Source: Octopus sinensis (lineage: Eukaryota). From it: DNA of 64,000 bases. The DNA lies in assembly GCF_006345805.1 (NCBI RefSeq), contig NC_043013.1, positions 40,052,001 through 40,116,000 on the forward strand, in the 5' to 3' direction. The notes under the pieces were generated by a model. The model made no database searches. It was not told the origin of the DNA and saw nothing but the letters and a program-made list of their open reading frames with translations. A program made the position numbers and the translations under genes. Every line of letters begins with the position of its first letter. Position 1 is the first letter of the stretch. Of this stretch, positions 53,440 to 64,000 are shown piece by piece.

Positions 53440-53822
53440 TGGTTTCAAATTTTTGTTCTAGGCCAGCACTTTTGTGGAGAGGGGCTAAGCCGAATAAACC
53501 CACCCCAATGCTCAACTGGTACTTAATTTATCGGCCTCGAAAATATGAAAGGCAAAGTCGACCTCGGCGGAATTTCAGCTCAGAACGTAAAGACGGATAA
53601 AATGCCGATAAGTGTTTTACCCGGCCTACTAACGATTCTGCCAGCTCGCCCCCTTAGTAATAATAATAATAATAATCTTTTTTACTGGAAGCACAAGGCC
53701 TAAAATTTGAAGGACGGGATTAAATCGATTACATCGACCCAAGCGCGCAGCTGGTACTAATTTTATTGACCCCGAAGGGATGAAAGGCAAAGTTGACCTC
53801 GGCAGAATTTGAACTCAGAACG

Positions 53823-53862
<40 letters not shown>

Positions 53863-54275
53863 CCTTTCTGCTATAGGCACAAGACCTGAAATTTTGGGGG
53901 AGGGGGCCAGTCGATTTGATCGACCTCAGTAGGCAAAAGATACTTAATTTATCAACCCCGAAAGGATGAAAGGCAAAGTCGACCCCGGCGGAATTTGAAC
54001 TCAGAACGTAAAGACGGACGAAATGCCGCTAAGGAAAGCGTTTCGTCCGGCGTGCTAACGATAATAATCCTTTTTACTAAAGACAGGAAGCCTGAAATTT
54101 GAGGGAAGGGGATGAGACAATTACATCGACTCCAGTGTTCAACTGGTACTTATTTTATCGATCCGAGAAGACGAAAGGGTAAGTCGCCCTCGAAGAGATT
54201 TGAACTCAGAATGTAAAAAGCAAACAAAATGCCGCTACACATTCTGCCCGGCGTGCTAACTACTCTGCCACTTCA
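53440..54275 (-). mobile_element. Array of four family A SINEs
   Basis: Repeated ggatgaaaggcaaagtcgacc...gaatttgaactcagaacgt. Confidence 0.88.
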
Positions 54276-54292
54276 CCACCTTAATAGCAGCT

Positions 54293-54379
<87 letters not shown>

Positions 54380-54382
<3 letters not shown>

Positions 54383-54916
54383 GCCCTGATGCAGTACCAG
54401 GCAGTGGCTCTCATGGCTTCTGATCTTAACTGATTGGAAGTGTTATCATGTACATTGTTTTGTCTTGGTATAAAAGATGGGCTACAGCAACATTTTCTGC
54501 TCAATACCACAGATTTGCTTGTCAGTTGTTTGACTTTAACCAGTTGAGCATGTCCCTTAGTGGCTGACGATATGTGCATCTCTGATCACGAGCAGAAGTA
54601 GTGGGGGAGCATCATAGCCATGTGTTGAGAGGGATTCTTTGGGGGTTTGACTAATTCACCTCTGGAAACATGGGTGGTTCTTTCAACATCCTTAAACAAC
54701 CCTTATTCAGGGACCTTTTGAGCAGGATGGGCTACTCGACCTGAAGAAAATTCTAACTGGGCCCCACCTGCAAGGTCATGTGCTGTTTATCTTGATATGA
54801 GATCACCACGTCGCGCACATATGGTTGTGATGCATGTGCCTGGTGTACCCTTATCAGACGGGTAGTCATGATGGGTATATTGGGCTTCGTATATTTTACC
54901 CCAGTGTCACTCACTC
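54380..54916 (+). mobile_element. Longest copy of the ~540-bp (AAT)n-flanked element
   Basis: (AAT)n on both sides; a 22-bp deletion between cact microhomologies near the 3' end. Confidence 0.9.
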
Positions 54917-54973
<57 letters not shown>

Positions 54974-56451
54974 TAAGAATGGCAAGAACAACGGTAACAA
55001 TAACTCTGTGAGTAAGCACTATAATGGAAGCAACAAGAAACAACAACAACAATAGCAATGGCAATAACAGCAGGAACAACTACAACAACGATAACAGCAA
55101 TAACAACAGCAACAACAAGAAATCAACAAGCAAATGAAGATTATTCTTAATGATTGCTTTAAGAAAAAAAAATCAGAGGTTTAAGGCAAATACTAATAAT
55201 CAATAAGTTGGCATCTTCCCCCATCCTTCACACTTCTCTGCCTCATTCTCCTCCTGCCCTCTCTCTCTCCCTCCTTCTTCCTATCTCCCTCTCCCTCCCT
55301 CTCCTCCCTTCTCTTTCTCTCACTCTGTCTTCCTCTCCCTTCCACTCTCTCTCCCTCTCCCTCCCTCTCTCTCCTTCTCTTTCTCTCACTCTCTCTTCCT
55401 CTCCCTTCCACTCTCCCTCTCCCTCCCTTTCCCTCCCTCTCGCTCCTTCTCTTTCTCTCATTCTCTCTTCCTCTCCCTTCCACTCTCTCTCCCTCTCTCT
55501 CCCAATCCTCTTGCTTTCAGCGCGCCTAAAACTTCTTCATTATACGACTACAATTCTTTCACATTCTCCTCCCTCTCTCTTTCTCTCACTTTCTCTCCTT
55601 CTCTTTCCCTCTCTCTCTCTCTCTTTCTCTGTTCACTTTCTTTATCACTTTCTCTCCCTCTCTTTCTCTCTTTCTGTCTCTCATTCTCTCTCTTCGCTTT
55701 CTTGTGCACTATCTCTTTCTCACTTACCCTGTCTCTCTTCCCACTTCTCTCTCTCTCTCTCTCCCTCCCTTTTTGTCCGTCTCCCTCCTTCTTCACCACA
55801 CCCTATACCGTACCCCTCAGGCATCCACCCACCCACCTTCACACACACAATATTGTCCTCATACATTACACACCTTACTGACAAACAAATAACTCAACAC
55901 GTCAATAATTATTTAATCAGCTTCAAAATGTCTGCAAAGAAAGAAAGAAAGAAAAGGAGAGAGAGTGGGAGAATGTGAGGGAGGGGGTAGTAGATTTATT
56001 GCTTTTATTACTGTCTGGAAGGTATAAACAATCTTTTAGTGAGTGAAGAAAAAAATGATGTAGTGATGATGATGATGAGGAGGAGAAGGAGGAGGAGGAG
56101 GAGGAGGAGGAAGATGAGGATGATGATGGTGGTGGTGGTGGTAGTGGTGATGTTGGTGATGGTGGCGGTGGTATATAAGTGTATGTATATATATATATAT
56201 ATATATATAAATAAGGATAAGGTCATATATATAATTAGAAATATTGAATTTCTAAATGTCTCAAAGAGACATGAGCGGTGGTGGAGCGCGATAGAGTGGT
56301 TGTATACTGTCAACATAACGTGACAGTCCCGTAAGGGAATTACACCACCGCTGTTTAGCCCTTGGAAGCATCGACGCTTCCTGTCGGACTTGACACATTT
56401 CCTGTGTCCTTATATTTGCGAAGGGGAGGCAAGCACCCCCACCAGATAGGA

Positions 56452-56512
56452 TTCACACCTGAGAACATGCATGTTTCTGGGTCTTTACCCGTCATCAGCC
56501 CAGGATTGTGAA
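56452..56512 (-). ncRNA. Type I hammerhead ribozyme
   Basis: ttcaca-at-cctggg-CTGATGA-c-gggt(aaag)accc-a-GAAA-catgcatg-TT-ctcagg-tgtgaa. 12-bp stem I with a 2-nt bulge, palindromic stem III, GUU triplet; predicted cut between 56464 and 56463; C/A mismatch at the base of stem II. Confidence 0.75.
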
Positions 56513-56543
56513 CCTGCTAGTTAAAATCTTTATTATAGTTTTT

Positions 56544-57455
56544 TTAGTTTTTTTTCTTTTTTTTGGTCTTTGGGTGGTGATTCCACCCGTGTTCGCTTTC
56601 TATCCTCTTTTTTTCTGTTCTTTCCTTTTCTTTCTCCTTCACTAACTCGTCGCCACTTTCCACATTATCTGTTGTCACGATTTCCTCTTCCGCTTGCAAT
56701 TCCACATTCTCCTTTTCTAACTCCTCTGTCAAAGCCTCCATTCCTTCCTTCAGTGTTATCGTCTTCTCTTGTATTTCTCTTTGAGGACACACATCCTTCA
56801 TGTGCCCTCTGCTCTTACATTTATAACACACTGGAGGTCTCCCCTCCACCACGACACTCAGTCGTGTCTCGTCGGTGAACACCAACTCCTCCGGGATGTT
56901 ATACAAATCTGGCATGGTTATGTGGACTGAAGCTTGCACCGCATAACCCCACCAGTTTATTTCTTTCGACTTCTCCACCCTAAGAATGTCCACGCTCTCT
57001 TTGCAGTTGTAGATTATTGCAGCTACTATTCTTTCGGTATCAAGTTCCGGTGGGATCTTGCTTATTCGTATCCTCACTGCTCTTTTTTCACAATAACTAG
57101 GAAGTAGAACCCATTTTTCCGATCTCAACACTGTCATTGCGCTCTTCTTCGCTTCATCTTCATTTTCAAAACGAACGTCTACCGTAGCGTATTTTCTACC
57201 TCTATTGTAGAAGGTAATTGTTCATTTTATTTCCTGTAGACATTTCTTAATCTCTTCCACCTCTGCTACTTCTATTCTCTTTGAGACCACATTCCATGTT
57301 CTGTATGTTATGATTTTTTTCTCCGCTTCTTTCACTTCGTCTTCAGGTAGTGTAACTCTCAGACAGTCTCCTTCCTTCTTGAAGCTGTCGTAGTATTTCC
57401 TCAAATTTTCCTTCTAGACAATTATTTCTACCAACTGTAATTCGTTCGCAGCCAG
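56544..57455 (-). pseudogene. LINE ORF1/gag-like RNA-binding protein with CCHC zinc knuckle and an acidic, possibly coiled-coil, tail; two premature stops
   Basis: One reading frame of about 300 codons with TAG at 57416 and TGA at 57224. CYKCKSRGHMKDVC (CX2CX4HX4C, 56787-56828) is preceded by VVVEGRPP. RRM-like segments are inferred. Confidence 0.8.
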
Positions 57456-57724
57456 GATGTGTGTCCTCAAAAAGAAATACAAGAGAAGACGATAACACTG
57501 GAGGAAGGAATGGAGGCTTTGACAGAGGAGTTAAAAAAGGAGAATGTGGAATTGCAAGCGGAAGAGGAAATATCAGGTGTGAATCCTAGCTGGTGGGGAT
57601 GCTTGCCTCCCCTTCGCAAATATAAGGACACAGGAAATGTGTCAAGTCCGATAGGAAGCGTCGATGCTTCCAAGGGCTAAACAGCAGTGGTGTAATTCCC
57701 TTACGGGACTGTCACGTTATGTTG

Positions 57725-57760
<36 letters not shown>

Positions 57761-58626
57761 TCTTTTACTCTTTTACTCTTTTACTTGTTTCAGCCATATA
57801 TATATATATGGTAATTACATTCATACGTACGTACATACATATTAAACCTTGGTTTAATATATCAGTAATACAGAGAAAAATGTTCTGCAAAGTGGAGAGA
57901 CTGATATCACAAACACACACACACACATACAAGCTCCAAGGACATTATTAGCAGTGTAAATATTTTTAACCCCACTACTCCACGTAAATATAAGACACAC
58001 GTTTATCACACACATCCTCTCTCTCTTTCACGCTTTCGCGCTTTCACACACGTCTGTACCTGCTCTCCCACCTGTCAAAATGATTACAGACCAAACCGTT
58101 TCTTAAAACCTCTGCTTCCGCTTCACATCCTCAGACATCTAGCTCCAACTCCTGACCATTATCGATATAATAACTATATCGATATATCTATGACAGTGAT
58201 TATCAACCGGGATCTATATGTTCCTTGGGAATCTAGATATGATTTTGTTGTTAAAATTAATCTGCAATAAATTGACAAAATATTTTAAGAATTTTCTTAA
58301 TATTATTATCCTAATAATATTTAATAATAAAAGAATATAAGATTCTTTAAGCATCGACTGGCTAAGAGGGCCAATCTGAATAAAATAGGAATGAAAGGGA
58401 TCTATAGGTGAAAAACTTTTGAGAAAAACTGGCCTTGGCTGTGTGGTAAGAAACTTGCTTCCCAACCACATGGTCCCGAGTTCAGTCCCACTGCGTGGCA
58501 CTTGGGCAAGTGTCTCCTGTTATAGCCTCGGGCCGACCATAATCTTGTGAATAGATTTGGTAGACGGAAACTGAAAGCAGCCCGTCATATATATATGTGT
58601 GTGTAATATAATCTGTGAAAATTCGG

Positions 58627-58701
58627 TTGTCATAATAAGACTCCGAATTTCGGATATCGTGGCGGAAACCTGCTCCAACATCTCGTCAGTTATCGAGGCA
58701 A
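58627..58701 (-). ncRNA. Type I hammerhead, left arm of a divergent pair
   Basis: ttgcctcgataa-CTGACGA-gatgttgg...gatatc-c-GAAA-ttcggag-TC-ttattatgacaa. Confidence 0.7.
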
Positions 58702-58719
58702 TCAAATACCATTTTTTTA

Positions 58720-58794
58720 TTGCCTCGATAACTGACGAGATGCTGAAGCAGGTTTCCGCCCCGACATCCGAAACTCGGAGTCTTATTATGGCAA
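58720..58794 (+). ncRNA. Type I hammerhead, right arm (element about 58620-58885)
   Basis: ttgcctcgataa-CTGACGA-gatg...catc-c-GAAA-ctcggag-TC-ttattatggcaa; stem I is 5+5 bp around a 2x2 internal loop; GUC triplet. Confidence 0.8.
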
Positions 58795-58916
58795 CCGAAT
58801 AATTGTCACATATTATATTACAGATAAATTCCTCTATTTACATATTATCGTGACCTCATTCATTCTTTTGTTGTCTTAACATTACTCATAATATATATAT
58901 ATATATATAATATATA

Positions 58917-58959
<43 letters not shown>

Positions 58960-58960
58960 T

Positions 58961-59130
58961 TACGGGGACGTAAACACACCAACATCGGTTGTCAAGCGAT
59001 GGTGGAGGGAAAACACAGACACCCAATACATACATACATACGTATATATATACGTATGTATGTATTGGGTGTCTGTGTTTTCCCTCCACCATCGCTTGAC
59101 AACAGATGTTGGTGTGTTTACGTCCCCGTA
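58961..59130. repeat. Near-perfect 170-bp palindrome made from family G SINE body
   Basis: Arms differ by one base and one TATG unit; centred on cgtatatatatacg. Confidence 0.9.
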
Positions 59131-59546
59131 CCTTAGCAGTTCGGCAAAAGACACCGATAGAATAAGTGCTAGGCTTATAAAGAATAAGTCCTGGGGTCGA
59201 GTTGTTCGACTAAAGGCGGTACTCCAGCATGGCCGTAGTCAAATGACTGAAACAAGTAAAAGAGTAAAATAATACAGAATCAAGTCTGATTTATTTTGCA
59301 TTGCGTATTATAGACCAGCTTAGAACGAACTACGCTTAACAGCTTGTATTCTTGCGCTATTTTCTCCATATACGTAAACGACATTGTCATGCTTGACGTC
59401 TTCTAAGTAGGTAATTAGCATATATGAATTTGCTCAATAATGTCTTCGATAAACACAGTCGTTAAAATGAAGCGTCTCGACAACAAAACGTTTCTTTCCT
59501 TCCCCTCCTTTTCTCTCCGTTTCTCTCTCCCCTTCTGTATCTCCCC

Positions 59547-59578
<32 letters not shown>

Positions 59579-60084
59579 TTCTGTCTCTTTCTTTTTTCTC
59601 ACTCTTTCTCTCGCTCTTTGGCTCTCTCTGTCTCTCCTTTTCCTTCTGTCTTTCTTTTTCCCTTTCTTTCTTTCCTTCTTTTACATTCTTTCTTTCCCTC
59701 TTCTCTCTCTCTCCCACTCTTTCGCTCTCTTTCTGTTTCTGTTTCTCTTTCTTTCCTACTCGCTCTCTTTTTTTCCTTCTTTTTTCTTCTTCCCCTCTCT
59801 TCCCTTTTCTTTCTCTATCTCTGTCCCTCTTTCTCTCACTTTCTCACTCTCCTTCTCTCTCTCTCCTTTTCCCACTCTTTTTCCCTCTTCTCTCTCTCCC
59901 CTTTCCTTTCTCTATTTCTGTCTTTCTTTCTCTCTCTCTTTCAATCACTTTCTCACTCTCCTTCTCTCTCTCTCCTTTTCCCACTCTTTTCCCTCTTCTC
60001 TCTCTCTCTCCCCTTTCTCTATCTCTGTCGCTCTTTCTCTTTCGTTCTCCCTATCCCTCCCTCCCTCTCTCTCGTTCTCCCTTT

Positions 60085-60126
<42 letters not shown>

Positions 60127-61726
60127 GAATTCAAACTCAAAGTCACAGACGATACGCTCCATTATTTCTAATTGATCTTGCAGAATCGTTAGAACGTAGG
60201 ACAAAATACCTTTCGGTATTACTTCCGGCTCTTCTTTCACCTTCTAATTTTGAATCCCACCAAGATCAAACTTTACCTTTTATCCTTCCGGGTGCGATAA
60301 GATGAAGTACGAGTCAAATACTGAGGTCGCTGGTAACGATTTACCCCATCCCCTCCCCCTCAAAACTACTGGTCTTGTATCTACAGAAATCGATATTGTC
60401 AGCTTCTACAGAAAAGTTGTCTTTGGAGGTTTGCTGATCAGCTCTCTCTAATAGAGCCAAGATCGCTTAGATACGAAATAAGACATTATATCCTGACTCT
60501 CCGTCGGTTACGACGATGAGGGCTCCAATTGACACGATCAACGGAAGAGCTTGATTGTGTAATCAATGAGCAAGTGGCTGAGTACTCCACAAACACGAGC
60601 ATGCTTCGTGTAGTTCTTAAGGAGATTTAGCGTCACACAGAATGTGACAGTGTTGGCCCTTCGAACTACGGGTACCACTGATTTTTGCCAGCTGAGAGGA
60701 CTGGGGAGATGTGAAATAAAGTGTCTTGCCTCAGAGACAACGCGCTGACACGACCGTGCGATCGCGAGCCGAATACCCTAGATATTAAACCACGTGCCTT
60801 CTGAAAAAATTTTATATATACATGACTGATGCAACGATGTTTTTACCTCATGTCTTCATCTTTTGTAATCTTATTGCTTTTCCCATTCAATCCGTCCATA
60901 CTTACTTCTAGATTTGTTTGTGAATATTAGTCTTTAATATTTAAAATGTCTTTAGGTGGGGAAATCCTTGTCTTGTTTCTTTAGAGCAATCTTATAGCTT
61001 TGTGTCTCATATTCCTTTTCCTTCATTGGCGCAGGAGTGGCTGTGTTTTAAGTAGCTTGCTTCCTAACCACATGGTCCCGGGTTCAGTCCCACTGTGTGA
61101 CACCTTGGGCAAGTGTCTTCTACTATAACCTCGGGCCGACCAAAGCCTTGTGAGTGGACTTGGTAGACAGAACCTGAAAGAAGCCCGTCGTATATGTTTG
61201 TGTGTCTGTTTGTCCCTTCAGCATCGTTTGACAACTGATGCTGGTGTGTTTACGTCCCCGTAACTTAGCGGTTCGGCAGAAGAGACCGATAGAATAAGTA
61301 CTAGGCTTACAAAGAATAAGCTCTGGGGTCGATTTGCTCGACTATAAAGGCGGTGCTCCAGCATGGCCGCAGTCAAATGACTGAAACAAGTAAAAGAGTA
61401 AGTAGAAAACACAGCTACATACACTAAGGAGTCCCAATGAATTGGATGTTACTTGACAATGACTACCTAGCATCCTTCACTAAATACCAACGTAGTAATA
61501 TAACCCTCAAATTCCGATAGCTGCAATTGTATTTTAATTATACTTTAATGACAGATGGTTGCAAACCGTCAAGATCCATGAAATGGGATTGAATATGCTA
61601 CTAGTACAGACTGGAACTTCCTTGAGAAGATACTTGTCGAAAATTTGACTCATTTATTTGATAGCAATACTTGCATGCCAGTCAGTCACCCCATTGACAA
61701 TATGGAAGTGTGGTTACGATCGCGAC

Positions 61727-61774
61727 GTTGTCTATCATATAACTGGTAATGAATGTGGCAGGTCTTACATCGGA
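61727..61774 (+). pseudogene. GIY-YIG endonuclease remnant, Penelope-like
   Basis: VVYHITGNECGRSYIG resembles the VVY.I.C..C...YIG motif of Penelope-like elements; short and decayed. Confidence 0.55.
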
Positions 61775-63055
61775 AGAATCTTTCACAAACTGCCCATCAC
61801 ATAGAAATACTTCCTCTGTAAAAAAAAAAAAAAGAAAAGAAACATCAAGAGAGACGCTATAACAAGGATATAACGGTTATTATATAGATCAGAGAAAGAA
61901 AAGTTCAGAAAATTAAGGATCAAAGGAGTTATCCTGGTTTGAAACTTTAATCCATTCTTTAGTAACAAACATTATCTGAGCAACATAGGTTGGCTGTTTT
62001 GCTAATAGTCCGCACGTTCTGCATTTCTTCTCTTTAATGTTAGCGCTTGCAACAATAAATGATTATTATCTAGATCTGTACAAACAGTGCTAACTCATCC
62101 GCCGATAAGGCGGTTTTAATTTAAAATATTGAAAACCAGGGTAAATATATTAAATACATGAACCTTTGTACAAGTATATAAAGTTAAATGAATTTTATAT
62201 TCGATTAATCACAGTCACAACAAAAACCTATTAATCATGAAATTAGTGAGTCGAAAAATATTGGAAAATGTTTTCAAATTGATGTTGTCAATATGGTGTA
62301 CCTTGGCAGATAATCTTAGTTTGAGGGCAATATTATACTTAAAACTTGCTTATAAAAACTTGTTCGTTTTAAGAGATATTGTTGCGACTTAAATTTTTTT
62401 TTTTTTTATATATATTTATTCGATGGTTGTGGCTCTAATGCAGTGCTTCGTGTTTTCTGTGTAGATGAACAGGAGATTGTTAAGATTCAGTGAAAAGATG
62501 ATAACGACTTTAGAATCAAGCTCATTTATGATGATTAATGCTAAATTTTTTAAACTCGTGAATATTTTTTTCGGAATTTCTCTTTTTGCTGTTTTAACAT
62601 AGGTGTGGCTCTGAGCTAAGAAGTTTGCTTCCCAACCACATGGTTCCAGGTTCAATTCCACAGCGTAGAATCTTGGGCAACGGTCTTCTACAATAGTCTC
62701 GGACTTTAGTTGACAGAAACTGAAAGAAGCCCTATATATACGTGCAGGCGTGGCTGTGTGGTAAGTAGCTTGCTTCCTAACTACATGGTTCTGGGTTCAG
62801 TCTCACAGTGTCTTCTGCTATAGCTTCAGGCCGACAAAAGCCTTGTGATTGGATTTGGTAGGCGGAAACTGAAAGAAGCCCGTCGTATATATGTGTGTGT
62901 CTTTGTGTATCTGTGTTTATCCCCCCACTATTGCAAGACGATCGATGTTGGTGTGTTTACATCCCCTAAATTAGTGGCTCGGCGAAAGAGAAAGATAGTA
63001 TGATTACCAAATAAAACAAATAGGCCATCATCTATAAACAATATTTCGGGAATGA

Positions 63056-63450
63056 AGGCGGTGAGCTGGTAGAAACGTTAGCACGCCGGGCGGAATGCTT
63101 TGCGGTATTTCGTCTGCCGATACGTTCTGAGTTCAAATTTGCCGAGGTCGACTTTGCCTTTCATCCTTTCGAGGTCGATTAAATAAGTACCAGTTACGCA
63201 CTGGAGTCGATATAATCGACTTAATCGCTTTGTCTGTCCTTGTTTGTCCTCTCTGTGTCTAGCCACTTGTGGGTAGTAAAGAAATAGGTATTTAGCCTGT
63301 CTTTACGTTCTGAGTTCAAATTCCGCCGAGGTCGACTTTACCTTTCATCTTTTCGAGGTCAATAAATTAAGTACAGTTGCCTGCTGGGGTCGATCTAATC
63401 GACTGGTTCCCTCCCCAAAAATTTCGAGCCTTGTGCTTAGAGTAGAAAAG
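63056..63450 (+). mobile_element. Composite family A SINE (tail-1 plus tail-2)
   Basis: AAGAAATA|GGTAT at 63286/63287; 16-bp TSD aatattt(c/t)gggaatga at 63040-63055 and 63451-63466. Confidence 0.9.
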
Positions 63451-64000
63451 AATATTTTGGGAATGAATAAAAATAATTTAAGGTGCGATTTTTTTTATGA
63501 TATGCGTGTATCGTTGAGTTTGAACTCTAGATCCCATGCTAAATGTCGAAAGGTACATCAGAATATTTTAAACAAATTATAGTATAAATTTTCTGGTGTA
63601 TAATTTCATGTTGAAAACCAGAGTCTGTGATAGGTGAGAGTCGTTTTTCGAAGATGAATACCGTCAAAACTACCATTGGTACTTCGTCGGTTGCGACGAT
63701 CGGGGTTTCAGTTGATCCAATCGACGGAACAGCTTGATCGTGAAATTAACATGCAAGTGGCTGGGGACTCCACAAAAGGTATACCCTCAACGTAGTTCTC
63801 AGGGAAATTCAACGTGACACAGAGTGTGACAAGGCTGGCCCTTTGAACTACAGATACAACTCATTTTTGCCAGTTGAGAGAACTGGAGCAACGTGAAATA
63901 AAGTGTCTTGCTCAAGGACACAAGACGTCGCCGGGAATTGAACTCGCGATGCTACGATCGTAATCCGAAGACCCTCACTACCAAGTCACGCGCTTTCACG

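Larger units (their letters stand above)
56311..57724 (-). mobile_element. Hammerhead-bearing element with 152-bp inverted termini and an ORF1/gag-like gene
   Basis: 56311-56462 is the reverse complement of 57573-57724 (4 mismatches by hand count); ORF and HHR lie between. Confidence 0.85.

Noticed and set aside
54380-54916. Hammerhead in the 540-bp element (CTGACGA near 54565)
   Set aside because: No correctly placed GAAA or stem I.
57571-57580. Splicing as the cause of the ORF-to-tail junction (ttctcag|gtgtga looks like an acceptor)
   Set aside because: The junction keeps tcag and adds an A; a spliced product would read gaggaaatc|gtgtgaatcc.

Overview
AT-rich, repeat-saturated eukaryotic DNA with one 100-N gap (20332-20431). 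The SINE, microsatellite and transposon content suggests an octopus or other cephalopod; this is an inference, since no search was run. I found no credible host gene, tRNA, rRNA or CRISPR array, and nearly all long ORFs in the track are microsatellite artefacts. The window holds dozens of tRNA-derived SINEs, decayed Tc1, mariner and maT transposons, hAT and mariner MITEs, Helitron-like elements and an RTE fragment. It also holds a (TAA)n-associated group: two R4/Dong-like non-LTR families, an internally deleted Dong-like derivative and a ~540-bp non-coding element. At least nine type I hammerhead ribozyme (HHR) motifs, folded by hand, sit in Penelope-like terminal repeats. The standout is a 1.4-kb element (56311-57724) with 152-bp inverted termini, an HHR and only a LINE-ORF1/gag-like zinc-knuckle ORF. 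Its inverted terminal copy starts within one base of the predicted ribozyme cleavage site. A second highlight is a young SINE whose 3' end is followed by GGTAT in four of five copies, three of them inside sister SINEs.
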